From: Deltaproteobacteria bacterium
GTDB taxonomy: Bacteria > Myxococcota_A > Polyangia > Fen-1088
Direction: 5' to 3'
Length of the DNA: 64,000 nucleotides
NCBI GenBank assembly: GCA_033763315.1
Contig: JANRKS010000035.1
Location: forward strand, 128,001-192,000
Positions 40,520 through 50,270 of this stretch are shown one piece after another. Numbering within the stretch: position 1 is the first letter of the stretch; the number at the start of each line of letters is the position of its first letter. The notes under the pieces are model-generated. The model worked only from the letters and a program-made list of their open reading frames with translations. It did no database searches and was not told where the DNA came from. The translations under genes and the position numbers were made by a program.

Positions 40520-41569
40520 TTAGTCGCGGCGGCCCATGACCAAATCCACGAGATCTTGCAGCGGGCAGGTGGCCAGCGCGATCGCCGTGTCACACACGCC
40601 GTAATAAAGATAGATCAAGCCGTCCTTCACAATGTTGGCGGTGGGGAAGATGACGTTGGGAATGTAGAGCCCGAAGAGCTCGTAATATTCTTCCGGCTCC
40701 ATCACGGGAAACGGATAACGCTTGATGATCTTGCGTGGATTCTCGAGATCCAGCATCAAAGCGCCCAGGCGGTACACCACCGTTTTGCGGGCGGCATCGC
40801 GTGTTTCCACGCCGTGGTACAGGATCAACCAACCTTCGTCGGTCTTGATGGGCGGGGTGGAGCCACCAATGCGGTTGTTCTCCCAATCGAACTCGGGTTC
40901 AACGATGATCTCAGGCTTGCTCCACGTCTTAAGGTCCGACGATTCGGACAATTGGATGTAGCCCTTCATCGGTCCCTTGTGGTTGGCATCCACAAACGGC
41001 AACGGCCGCCGCAAAACAAAGTATTTGCCGCCGATGCGCTCGGGAAAAAGGATCACGTCGCGATCGTCGAGATCGGGCTCTGTGACCCAGCTGTGAAATT
41101 CCCAATCGTATAGGTTCTTCGACACAGCCAAGCCCGAGCGCGTTTGGTTTTCGCGTGGGTTCACCGTGATCCCTGGAAATTCGGTTTGGTGTGATTGCGG
41201 CACGCCCACGCCTGTGGGGTGAGAGCTCCACGCGTAAGGGCGAAACGCGAACGTCATATAGAACGTGTCATCGATCTTCACCACGCGCGGATCTTGAACG
41301 CTGCCGTACTCGCTGCCGGCCATCTTAGGCGTGAACACGGGATCCGGACGCGACAGCTTGAAATCAACACCGTTGTCGCTTTCGTGCATACCAACGGTGC
41401 AGATGAACGGGCGCAACTCTCCAGCGGCGCGCTCGAACAAATAAAACTTGCCGTTCTCGTAGATGGCACCGGGGTTAAACACGGTGGCTAAGCGCCACGG
41501 TTGGCCCCCAGGAACGATGATTGGGTTCTTGGGATGACGAACGAATTTGACGGTCTGAGGCAGCGGCAT
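40520..41569 (-). CDS. GH130-family glycosidase / mannoside phosphorylase
   Basis: RHPKNPII, VFNPGA, VQDPRV, DRDVILFPE, PNVIFP, YYGVCD; ATG 41569 after GGAAGGA. Confidence 0.87.
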   Translation of the reverse strand: MPLPQTVKFVRHPKNPIIVPGGQPWRLATVFNPGAIYENGKFYLFERAAGELRPFICTVGMHESDNGVDFKLSRPDPVFTPKMAGSEYGSVQDPRVVKIDDTFYMTFAFRPYAWSSHPTGVGVPQSHQTEFPGITVNPRENQTRSGLAVSKNLYDWEFHSWVTEPDLDDRDVILFPERIGGKYFVLRRPLPFVDANHKGPMKGYIQLSESSDLKTWSKPEIIVEPEFDWENNRIGGSTPPIKTDEGWLILYHGVETRDAARKTVVYRLGALMLDLENPRKIIKRYPFPVMEPEEYYELFGLYIPNVIFPTANIVKDGLIYLYYGVCDTAIALATCPLQDLVDLVMGRRD

Positions 41570-41661
41570 GAGGTCCTTCCAGGAAGGCCCCAAGCAGACA
41601 TGGGGCCACAAGCCGTGTCAAGGCACCAGGAGGCCCCACATAAACGGTTTTGGCCGTTTTT

Positions 41662-42600
41662 TTAACGCCGGGATGGCGCAGCCCGGAAGCCGCCGCCACC
41701 ACCGCCACCGCCCCCGCGAAATGAACCACCACCGCCGCCGCGGAAAGATCCACCACCACCACCACCGCCACGCCAACCACCACCGCCGCCGGACGCGGGA
41801 GGGCGGTAACCACCCCCGCCACCGTAATAACCGCCGCCGTAATAAGGCCGCCCCCAAAAACCATAACCGCCGTAATAGGGATACCCGTAGCCGTAATAGA
41901 ACGGATCCCCCCAGTAACCGCCGTAACCCCAACCCACGCCCCAATAAGGCCCCCACCACCAGCCGGGCCCCACAGATAAGTGAATGCGGGAGTCATACGC
42001 AGGCCGGTACGCGTAACCGGGGTAACCAGGGTAATTGCCGTCGCGGCCCTGCTGGCGTTCGAACACCGTGTCTTGGGCGTACATCTCGTTGCCGCGGTTC
42101 ACGCGCCAGTTCAGCGTCACCTTCGTTGGATCCACGCCTTCTGGCAGCGCGTAATAAAGATCCAGCGTGCCGCGTTTGCCGGGCTCAATGTTCACCACCG
42201 GCGAGCCACCGCTGCCTTCCGCAAAAGCGGGCGCCACACCTTGCTGCCCGCCCAGCTGCACCGTTTGATCGCGCGCGTCCATCATCCACGGGCCGGTGTC
42301 CTTGTCGTTCGCCACGGCCAGGCGCAAATGCAAGTAAAGCGGGGCACCATTGGGCACGGGCAATTTCTCACCGCCCAGGGACATCACGTACGCGGTGCCC
42401 TTGGGGGCATCGGCGGGAATGTTGTAAGCGGAGGCGCTGGGCGTGTTCTCCGACGGCTGGGCCTGGTACGAGGCTCCGGCGGAGCGATGGGCGCAGCCTG
42501 CACCGCCCAGGATCAGGAGCGAAGCAACCGCCAAAGCCCCCGCTGCCCCCCGCAGAACCGGCGTCGTGGGAATCGTTCGTTCACTCGTCTGCTTCGTCAT
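41662..42600 (-). CDS. Hypothetical lipoprotein with Tyr/Gly/Trp-rich and RGG-like C-terminal tail
   Basis: AAGGAG before ATG 42600; lipobox GAGC; tail YYGYGYPYYGG...SFRGGGGG repeats. Confidence 0.7.
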   Translation of the reverse strand: MTKQTSERTIPTTPVLRGAAGALAVASLLILGGAGCAHRSAGASYQAQPSENTPSASAYNIPADAPKGTAYVMSLGGEKLPVPNGAPLYLHLRLAVANDKDTGPWMMDARDQTVQLGGQQGVAPAFAEGSGGSPVVNIEPGKRGTLDLYYALPEGVDPTKVTLNWRVNRGNEMYAQDTVFERQQGRDGNYPGYPGYAYRPAYDSRIHLSVGPGWWWGPYWGVGWGYGGYWGDPFYYGYGYPYYGGYGFWGRPYYGGGYYGGGGGYRPPASGGGGGWRGGGGGGGSFRGGGGGSFRGGGGGGGGGFRAAPSRR

Positions 42601-42715
42601 AGGGACTCCTTCAGCAAGACCCAAGCCAACTCATTAAAGCCAACGTCTCTGTAAGGAAATCTATTCCCCTGGACCCCGATATGCCAGCACCACACCAAGG
42701 AGCACCGGCCGGACC

Positions 42716-43588
42716 GTGAAACACGCTATACTTGGGCCCCCTTCCCCACTGCCAAAGCACACATTGGAAACGACCGCCGCCCCGCAAACGAACGCACAAC
42801 TGGATTCCCCCGTGTCCGAAGATGCCGCCTTACCCCACCGGGAGCCCTTGGGGACCCGCCTGGCTTGGACGCTCGTCAACCTCATTCAGGCTGTGTATTT
42901 CGCTGTGTGGACCGCATTTTGCGTGAGCTGCGCGTGTGTGGCCTTGCTGTTTTGGCGCAAGCTGCCCCTCATCATGGCGCGGCACATGTGGGCGCCGCCG
43001 CTGTTGTTCTTCGCCGGGGCCCGCATCAAAGCCAAGGGCCTGCAAAACGTGCCGCGCGATCGCCCCGTGATCTTTGTGTGCAACCACCAATCCATGTTGG
43101 ACATCGCGCTGGTGTTCAAAGTTTTGCCGGTCAACCTGCACTTTGTGCTGAAAAAGGAACTGGCCTTTGCGCCGTTTATCGGCCTGTTTGCGTGGGCCAC
43201 GGGCATGATTTTCGTGGATCGAAAGAACCGCAAGGCCGCGATTGCCAGCGTGCGACGCGTGGGCAAGATGGTAAGCGAAGGCCGCAGCATCATCGCGTTT
43301 CCCGAAGGCACGCGCTCGCGAGAGCAAACCATCTTGCCGTTCAAGAAAGGCGTCTTCGTTTCGGCGCTGTCGGCGCACGTGCCCGTGGTTCCTGTGGCGC
43401 TTGAAGGGGCCAACCGCGTGTTGCCAAGCCATGGCTTTCGCGTTCGCCCGAGCCCCGTGCGTGTCAACGTGGGGCCACCCATTTTCACCGAAGGCATGAC
43501 GGAACAAGATCGCGACGTTTTGTTGGAACGCGCCCAAAGCGCCGTCCGCGCGCTTTATGAAGAAATTCGTTTGCCGCCGTTGGCTTAG
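42716..43588 (+). CDS. plsC: 1-acyl-sn-glycerol-3-phosphate acyltransferase (PlsC family)
   Basis: NHQSMLD, FVDR, FPEGTRS, FKKG motifs. Confidence 0.9.
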   Translation: MKHAILGPPSPLPKHTLETTAAPQTNAQLDSPVSEDAALPHREPLGTRLAWTLVNLIQAVYFAVWTAFCVSCACVALLFWRKLPLIMARHMWAPPLLFFAGARIKAKGLQNVPRDRPVIFVCNHQSMLDIALVFKVLPVNLHFVLKKELAFAPFIGLFAWATGMIFVDRKNRKAAIASVRRVGKMVSEGRSIIAFPEGTRSREQTILPFKKGVFVSALSAHVPVVPVALEGANRVLPSHGFRVRPSPVRVNVGPPIFTEGMTEQDRDVLLERAQSAVRALYEEIRLPPLA

Positions 43589-43647
43589 CGCCCGCGGGTG
43601 ATCGCGCCTGTGCGACGACGGCTTGTCGGCTATCCTTTGGAGACTGC

Positions 43648-44232
43648 ATGAAGCATCAAAGTCTGGCTCCCGGGTTATTGCTGGCTTCGCCACGCTTGGG
43701 TGATCCAAACTTCGACCACACCGTGGTGTTGCTGGGTCACCACGACAAGAAGGGCGCGCTGGGGTGGGTGATCAATGGCGAACCGCTGATGCCCGTACGC
43801 GAGTTGTTGGTGAGCTCTGGGCTGTGGACGCGAGGCCAAGATCTGCCGCCCAGCCCTTCGTTTGACCGCTTGGCCCGCGTGGGCGGCCCCGTGGATCGCG
43901 CCACGGGGTGGATCCTTTATCGCGAAAGCCACGCGGCGATGGCCAACGAATTGAGCCTGGGCCCCAACCTCACCGTCTCCGGCGACAGCGATTCATTGAG
44001 CTCCGTGATGCGCGGCGAAGGCCCGAAAGAATTCCGCCTGCTGATCGGCTATTCCGGCTGGGGCCCCGGCCAGTTGGAAGCCGAAATCAGCGCTGGGGCT
44101 TGGTTGCCGGCCCCCGTTGATCCCGCGTTGATCTTCGACACGCCCACCCACAACATGTGGCAAGACGCTTACCAGCGCTCCGTGGGCGCAAGCCCGGGCA
44201 TGTTCACAAGCACCAAACGCGGCCAAGCGTAA
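43648..44232 (+). CDS. YqgE/AlgH-family protein
   Basis: DPNFDHTVVLL, GGPV, GYSGWGPGQLEAEI..GAW. Confidence 0.92.
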   Translation: MKHQSLAPGLLLASPRLGDPNFDHTVVLLGHHDKKGALGWVINGEPLMPVRELLVSSGLWTRGQDLPPSPSFDRLARVGGPVDRATGWILYRESHAAMANELSLGPNLTVSGDSDSLSSVMRGEGPKEFRLLIGYSGWGPGQLEAEISAGAWLPAPVDPALIFDTPTHNMWQDAYQRSVGASPGMFTSTKRGQA

Positions 44233-44248
44233 ACGCTCTGGCGCGCGG

Positions 44249-45007
44249 CTAGCGCTTCGGTGCTGCGGGCACGCCTGTGGTCGCAGGGGTCGCGGCGGGG
44301 GCTGGCGTGGCAGGTGCAGCGGCCGCAGGTGCGGCAGGCACGGGGGGCACCGGGGCGGGCAAGGGCACTGGCGCGGCTGCGGGTACGGGCTCGCCAGCGG
44401 GGGCAGCCGCCTCACCTTCGTCCTTCTCAGGCGCAGCCGCGGGCGCCACGGGCTCAGGGGGCGGCACCAAAGGGGACAACCCCAAAAGCTGCCGCCGCGT
44501 CTTATAGAGCGGGCCGCCAAACAACAATTCAGACAGACAAACGTGGTACGGAAGCTCGAGCATCTCGCGGCCCACACCGGTGCCGATCATGGCCTCTTCG
44601 TTGGTCACCACGCGCCTCACGCCGGCCTTCTCAGACCATCGCACCTCGATCTCCACGCGGTTTGATTTCATCACGTCGTCGGGCACGCGCTTCCAGTTTT
44701 CCCGCAGGACGCGCTTGATCGTCTGCAGCTGGTAAGGGCCCTCAAACGCGAACGTGGTGCGACCACCGCTTGAGTGTTTGCCGTCGGTGCGTTCGAGCTC
44801 GTTGGTATTCACCACCTCGGGCGGCTCGACTTTCTTCATCATCAACGTGTCGTGGTATTCCTGCACGCCACACACGTCGTCGAACACCACTTCCTTGGCT
44901 GGTGTTTGCGCTAAATCACGGCGCACGCCAATGCCACAGCCGCCCGCCGCCCAGGCCGTTGTGGCCACCCAGAAAATCACGCCCGTTTTGCTCATGATGT
45001 AGGACAC
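44249..45007 (-). CDS. Hypothetical lipoprotein with Pro/Ala-rich tail
   Basis: Lipobox AGGC; VVFDDVCGVQEY; CLSELLFG. Confidence 0.65.
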   Translation of the reverse strand: MSYIMSKTGVIFWVATTAWAAGGCGIGVRRDLAQTPAKEVVFDDVCGVQEYHDTLMMKKVEPPEVVNTNELERTDGKHSSGGRTTFAFEGPYQLQTIKRVLRENWKRVPDDVMKSNRVEIEVRWSEKAGVRRVVTNEEAMIGTGVGREMLELPYHVCLSELLFGGPLYKTRRQLLGLSPLVPPPEPVAPAAAPEKDEGEAAAPAGEPVPAAAPVPLPAPVPPVPAAPAAAAPATPAPAATPATTGVPAAPKR

Positions 45008-45114
45008 CTGTGGTTCGTATCGACCGTTGATGCTCCCAGGTTAACGCCAATTGCGCATAGGCCCAAGCAAAGCGGCGCAAATCCCGAACGCCGCCTGGCG
45101 AGAGTCTGAAGCTT

Positions 45115-47448
45115 TCACTTCGTGGACAGACGCTTTTTGGCCGTTTTCGGGGTCCGTGTGGCCCCGGCGCTCAACGCTCGCGCCACGGTCGGATCGATCA
45201 CCTTGGGCGCCGGCTTCGCGGCTGGCGCCGACGGCGGAGTGTCAGACGCCGGCTCGGGGTCGGCGGCCGTCAAAGGCGGGCTGGGGCCACCTGTGCCTTC
45301 AGACAAAACCAGGTTGTCTTCGTCTTCGTCGTCGCCCCGTGTATTTGTGGTCTTTCGCACGAACGCCTCGATCGGCTTTTCAAGCTTGCCCTTGATGTTG
45401 CCCTCGAGCACATCCACCTTGATCGGGTTCTGCAGCTGGAAGTAATAGCCGCGGCTCGACATCTTGAATTCGTAGGCGCTGCCCTCGTGAACGAACCGCT
45501 TGCGGTAAGCAAGCTTCTGATCGCCCAGGCGTTCGAACGCCGAATGCTTGAGCACAAAACCAAACAAGCGCACCGCCCGGTTGTTCACCAAGCGATGACA
45601 ACCATGCGAATACCGACGCGCGATCGACGTGTAATCCACCGAGCCATGCGTGCGAATTTGGTTGTCATACCCCGAAGGCATCTGGTGAATGGCCATCACC
45701 ATTCCGTACGCCGAGGCAAAGCCAGGCCCGATGACATCTGTGTTCACCACCGTTTCGGGCCGACCAAACACATCGAACTTCTTGCGCGTGAGCAGATCTT
45801 TGGGCTGCGTGCCGTCGGGCGCGATCCACACCGGCGAAACCACGATGTTCTTCCACACGCGCGGCCCCACGTCTGAGTTCTTGTACTTGTAATAGACGTT
45901 GCCATCGGGGTGACGTTCGCTGCGCCACGATCCGATGGTGGTGCGCCAATGCACCAAAGCGATGCGCTGGTTGTTCCACCGCACAAACAGCGTAAGATGC
46001 GGGTAATGTTGCCGCGGCTGGGGGCGTTGCTCGCCCTTGTCGTCGAAGGGAAAGTCGTACCACACGTCGCCGCGATCAATCTCGGCTTCAAGTTGCATCA
46101 CGTCGGCGTAATAAGGCGGCTTGGGTGGCGATTTGAACGCCACCTTCAGGGTGCCCAAAACCTCGGCGGAAACGCTGCCGAACCGCCGCTGCACGTCTTC
46201 GGGCGCAGCGACACCCAGGGCCGCCAGCAACGCGTCGCGGTTCGCGCCCACCAAATCTTGCACCTGCCGATCGTTGCCCGCTTCGTCTTTATAGTGCGCG
46301 GCTTTGCCCAAGCCCAGCGCCGATTCATCTTCAAGCACGCTAGCGGCATCGGCCACCCGCTCGGTGACCAGGCGCTTGAACGTTTCAAAATGCAACTGTA
46401 AGGGCGATCGTTTCAACGCCTCTAGCGTCTCATCCGCCAACATGCCCCAACTGAAAATGTTGTTCTTGCGTTCAAACTCGGCCAGCGCTTCGTGTGTGGC
46501 CAAATCAAACATGCCCGGCGTGAACTTCGCCACCAACAAGCCTTCGCACACCAAACGTTGCTGCGTGGCCTTGACCGCAGCCACCCGCAGCAGCCCCTGC
46601 TGGTAACGCCGCACACGAGCCGCAAATTTCGGATCCGCCGCCAAGGCCTGCAGCTCTGCGGCTTCTGTGGTTTCCGCCCAAGCGTCGGGGTGTTCTTGCT
46701 TCAGTTTTTCGCTGCGCAGCTTCACCCACCGCGTGTCTTCTTGCACAAGCGCAAACTCGCGTTTGGCCTGCAGCATCGACTGGTACGAAACGCTGCCCGC
46801 AAACGCTTGCAAGGCAGCCATATCCACCTGCGCGTAGCAACCTTCGTTTGCCGCGTCTGTGGCCATCCGCTTTTGCAGCACCGTGATGGTGGGCGGAATG
46901 CCAAACGGCTCGAGGAAGTTGTTGGGTGGCTGCTTTTGCAACCGTCGCAAACCCTTTTGGCGGCTCTTCTTGCGCTCTTCCTCAAACGCGCGTCGCGCGG
47001 CCGGGGCCATGCCCAGCGGCTCTGCAGGCACGGCCTTGGTGGGCCCGGCGCCTCGCAGGTAAAGCACGTCGGGATCCACGCGATCATTGGCCAGGTCGAT
47101 AAACGTTTGGCGGTACGCCTGCGGCTTGGGCTCTTGGGCTTCGGCGTCGCGTTCACTCAAAATGAACGGCACCCAATTGTCTGAAAGATCCACAACCGTG
47201 AGGCCTTGCGCTTGCGCCTCATGCAGCGGGATCGTTTTGCCTTTCCCCGCTTGCATGGCGTAAGCGTGGCCGGCGGCCAGGACGCCTTTTTGCCAGGGCG
47301 CTGGGGGTGGCTCCTGCGGTTTCGCTGCGCCCGCCTTCGATGACGACTTCGGCTGGTGTCGCTTGGTCTTTTCGGGTTGGCAACCAAACACAAGCGCCAG
47401 CGGCGCCAGCAACAAAAGAGGCTTTAAGCGAAACAGCATAAGCAACAA
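45115..47448 (-). CDS. Large L,D-transpeptidase-family lipoprotein with peptidoglycan-binding-like segment
   Basis: Lipobox VFGC; GMFDLATHEALAEFERKN PG-binding-like; RTHGS...SHGCHRL catalytic motif. Confidence 0.8.
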   Translation of the reverse strand: MLLMLFRLKPLLLLAPLALVFGCQPEKTKRHQPKSSSKAGAAKPQEPPPAPWQKGVLAAGHAYAMQAGKGKTIPLHEAQAQGLTVVDLSDNWVPFILSERDAEAQEPKPQAYRQTFIDLANDRVDPDVLYLRGAGPTKAVPAEPLGMAPAARRAFEEERKKSRQKGLRRLQKQPPNNFLEPFGIPPTITVLQKRMATDAANEGCYAQVDMAALQAFAGSVSYQSMLQAKREFALVQEDTRWVKLRSEKLKQEHPDAWAETTEAAELQALAADPKFAARVRRYQQGLLRVAAVKATQQRLVCEGLLVAKFTPGMFDLATHEALAEFERKNNIFSWGMLADETLEALKRSPLQLHFETFKRLVTERVADAASVLEDESALGLGKAAHYKDEAGNDRQVQDLVGANRDALLAALGVAAPEDVQRRFGSVSAEVLGTLKVAFKSPPKPPYYADVMQLEAEIDRGDVWYDFPFDDKGEQRPQPRQHYPHLTLFVRWNNQRIALVHWRTTIGSWRSERHPDGNVYYKYKNSDVGPRVWKNIVVSPVWIAPDGTQPKDLLTRKKFDVFGRPETVVNTDVIGPGFASAYGMVMAIHQMPSGYDNQIRTHGSVDYTSIARRYSHGCHRLVNNRAVRLFGFVLKHSAFERLGDQKLAYRKRFVHEGSAYEFKMSSRGYYFQLQNPIKVDVLEGNIKGKLEKPIEAFVRKTTNTRGDDEDEDNLVLSEGTGGPSPPLTAADPEPASDTPPSAPAAKPAPKVIDPTVARALSAGATRTPKTAKKRLSTK

Positions 47449-47453
47449 CCGCG

Positions 47454-47939
47454 TTAGTCGCGGAAGTTTACGAACTGCAAGTCCAGTCCGTAATCCTCCT
47501 TCCTCAAAAAGGCGATCACGGATTGCAGGTCGTCACGGTTCTTACCCGTCACGCGCAGCTCATCACCTTGGATGGATGCCTGCACCTTGAATTTTTCGTC
47601 TTTGAGGCGCTTGACGATCTTCTTGGCGACGTCGCTTTCGATGCCCTGCTTGATCTTCACCACCTGCCGCACGGTTTTGTGGGTGGCGTCTTCCAGCTTC
47701 TGCGGATCCAGGCACCGCGGGGAAACGCCGCGCTTGACCAGCCGCTCACGCAAGATCTGCAGCGCGGCCTCAAGGTGCTCCACGTCGCTGGTGCGCACCG
47801 TGATGGTTTCGTCCTTGAGCTCAAAGGCGCTGTTCGTGCCCCGAAAATCGTAGCGTGTCGTGATTTCCTTCTGGGCCACGTTCACGGCGTTGTCGAGTTC
47901 CATCAAATCAACCTTGGACACCACATCAAAAGACGGCAT
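47454..47939 (-). CDS. yajQ: YajQ-family nucleotide/c-di-GMP-binding protein
   Basis: MPSFDVVS, RYDFRG, QASIQGDELRVTGKNRDDLQ, LQFVNFRD. Confidence 0.96.
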   Translation of the reverse strand: MPSFDVVSKVDLMELDNAVNVAQKEITTRYDFRGTNSAFELKDETITVRTSDVEHLEAALQILRERLVKRGVSPRCLDPQKLEDATHKTVRQVVKIKQGIESDVAKKIVKRLKDEKFKVQASIQGDELRVTGKNRDDLQSVIAFLRKEDYGLDLQFVNFRD

Positions 47940-48058
47940 GGAGGGGTTTTTTATCAGATTTTCGACGAACCAACCTGAAACCGATGCGTAACGGCGGCAT
48001 ACTTTAGATTGAGGGATAAGGCGAAACTGCCGATCCCTTCAGAAGGAGGCATTTGCCC

Positions 48059-48817
48059 ATGACCGCTGCAATTTCGGTGAAGCAACTTCCCCGCGTGGTG
48101 GCCAACTTCGACCGCGCTGGGGCCATCCCTGCCGATTATTCGGCCGGCCGGCACATCGCCACCACCCTGACTCTCAGCGCCATCATCATCACCGCAGCCA
48201 TGTTCCTGGCGGTCAAGGCCCAGCCCATCGATTGGCTGCTGCTGCCGGCGTTTTGGCTGGCGGGCAACTTTATCGAGTGGGCGTTCCACAAGGGCCCCAT
48301 GCACCGGCCCACCAAGGCGCGGATTCTTTACGTGAACCACACGCTGATTCACCACCGCGCCTTTTTGCACAACACGATGCCGGTGCAAAACTTCCGCGAG
48401 TTCGGCCTCATCTTGATGCCGTGGTACACGATGATGCTGCTGCTGGTGCTGGCGTCGCCGATTGCGGTCGCCGCTTGGGCGTGGCGGGGTCCAGGCGCGG
48501 TCGGGATCTTCTATCTGTTCGCCATGAGCTACTTCTTGTTCTACGAAGTGCTGCACGGCCTTTATCACACGCCCGAAGCCTTTCAGCGCCGGTTCGGCCT
48601 GTGGAACAACCGCGTGTTCAAGTTCCTGCAGCACCACCACGCGCACCACCACCGGTTGGATCGGATGTCGCACAAAAACTTCAACGTCACGGTTCCTCTG
48701 TTCGACACGTTGATGGGCACGCGGGAGAAGCCGGGCTTAGACGCAGACGCGCACGCCACGGCGGAAGCGTGGGATCAAGAGATGGGGGCGGAGGAGCGGA
48801 AGGAAGCGGAGAAGTAG
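48059..48817 (+). CDS. Fatty acid hydroxylase / sterol desaturase-family membrane protein
   Basis: His boxes EWAFHKGPMH, HTLIHH, YEVLHGLYH, HHAHHH; NFNVT; AAGGAGG upstream. Confidence 0.85.
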   Translation: MTAAISVKQLPRVVANFDRAGAIPADYSAGRHIATTLTLSAIIITAAMFLAVKAQPIDWLLLPAFWLAGNFIEWAFHKGPMHRPTKARILYVNHTLIHHRAFLHNTMPVQNFREFGLILMPWYTMMLLLVLASPIAVAAWAWRGPGAVGIFYLFAMSYFLFYEVLHGLYHTPEAFQRRFGLWNNRVFKFLQHHHAHHHRLDRMSHKNFNVTVPLFDTLMGTREKPGLDADAHATAEAWDQEMGAEERKEAEK

Positions 48818-48834
48818 GCGGCGAGGCAACACGA

Positions 48835-48873
48835 AAAAAGCGCCAGGGCTAAGGAGGTGCGCCGGCGCTTTTT
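48835..48873. terminator. Probable bidirectional intrinsic terminator
   Basis: AAAAAGCGCC...GGCGCTTTTT between convergent genes. Confidence 0.6.
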
Positions 48874-48894
48874 GTTGGACGACCCTGAAACCTT

Positions 48895-50106
48895 TTATTG
48901 AGCCTTGAGTGCCGTGCTTGCGTTGCCGCGGTTGTCTCGGAACGACACAGCGTTGCCCTGTACACAGTAATCCTGAACGACCATCACGGGACCCGAAGCG
49001 AGTGTAAGTTTGTTTCCCGCCGTCGAGAACGTCCCTGTCGTCGTTTGAGGTGGGCCCGCCTGCAAGCCCGAGCAAACGCAGTTTGTGTCCACGCTGCCGC
49101 TACAGGACCACGAGTAACCCGCGGCAGTCACGATCTTGGCGGCGACGGCGGCGCAGGTGGTGCTGCCTTCGCCCTTTTGAAACGCCGTGCAGGTCGCATC
49201 GGCCACGATGTCGGAGCGGGAGGATGCGGTGGTCACTTGTTCGTAGTTGGCATCCGTGAATGTGATGCTGCCCGAGTTTTCAATGGTGGCGGCCACTGAT
49301 GCTTTTCCCGTGCCGCAGGTGACGATTTCGGTGGTGGTGCCTGTCTTTGCGCAACTGGAGGTTAGATTGTATTTTCCGGCAAGCGTACCGCCACAACTGT
49401 CAATCTTGGGGCAGTACGTGCTGGCACCTTGGGGGCCGCCCGCTCCGCCTTCTCCCAACAACACAGCAAAGGTGCCCGCTCGAGACGTCAACGCGGTGAC
49501 GGAGGCATCGCCCTGCCGCCAAGCGGATAGCAGCGCGATCCAAACTTTGGCGACGTCGTCGTACCAAGCGATCGTGGGCGTTTTGCCCGCAGGCAGGTCC
49601 GCGGGAACCGGAAGCGTCACAGAGATCGGCGAACTGAAGGTCGTCCCGGCGGGGCTGAAGTTATAGATGCTGCCCGACACGTCCATGCGATTGGGCGTGT
49701 TGTTGACTGGCTGCGATGTTGTAAGGGTGACGTTGGTGTTGGTGGCAATCGAGCCGCCCAAGACAGTGACGGTGCCGCCTCCCACTTGCACTTGGCCGCC
49801 ACCAGTCGTTGTGATGGTGCCCATCGCCGTGGTGGGGGCCGCGTCGGCGCCCGCATCGCTTGAGGTTCCGCCGTCGCCCGTGCTGCCATCAGCCGCCCCA
49901 CCATCACTTAAGGCATCGCCGGCTGAGTCGATCCCACCGTCACCACTGGCATCCCCAACGGGCGCATCCATATCGCCGCCCATCATGTTGGCATCCCCGG
50001 GCACGCCGGTGTCCCAGCCCGCCAATGGCGAAAGACCATCGTCATCACCACACCCCGCCGCCAAACCTGCGCCCACAATCAATAACGTCAATACCCGCGT
50101 TTTCAT
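48895..50106 (-). CDS. Lipoprotein with acidic linker, ZU5-like domain and Cys-rich C-terminal domain
   Basis: Lipobox AAGC; IYNFSPAGTTFSSPISVTLP; CGGTLAGKY and several paired Cys. Confidence 0.72.
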   Translation of the reverse strand: MKTRVLTLLIVGAGLAAGCGDDDGLSPLAGWDTGVPGDANMMGGDMDAPVGDASGDGGIDSAGDALSDGGAADGSTGDGGTSSDAGADAAPTTAMGTITTTGGGQVQVGGGTVTVLGGSIATNTNVTLTTSQPVNNTPNRMDVSGSIYNFSPAGTTFSSPISVTLPVPADLPAGKTPTIAWYDDVAKVWIALLSAWRQGDASVTALTSRAGTFAVLLGEGGAGGPQGASTYCPKIDSCGGTLAGKYNLTSSCAKTGTTTEIVTCGTGKASVAATIENSGSITFTDANYEQVTTASSRSDIVADATCTAFQKGEGSTTCAAVAAKIVTAAGYSWSCSGSVDTNCVCSGLQAGPPQTTTGTFSTAGNKLTLASGPVMVVQDYCVQGNAVSFRDNRGNASTALKAQ

Positions 50107-50270
50107 GAAGATCCGTTCTCCCTTGGCCGTCCCACTGATCGCGACGAGGGTAAAGGATCACCGCGTAAAAAGTCAAAGCTTCCGCTGTGACGCTGGACAA
50201 ACGACGCCTTTACCTGGTGCGCGCGTTGGCGTAGCTTACGACCCCAATGGCAAATCGATTAGGTAGCACT

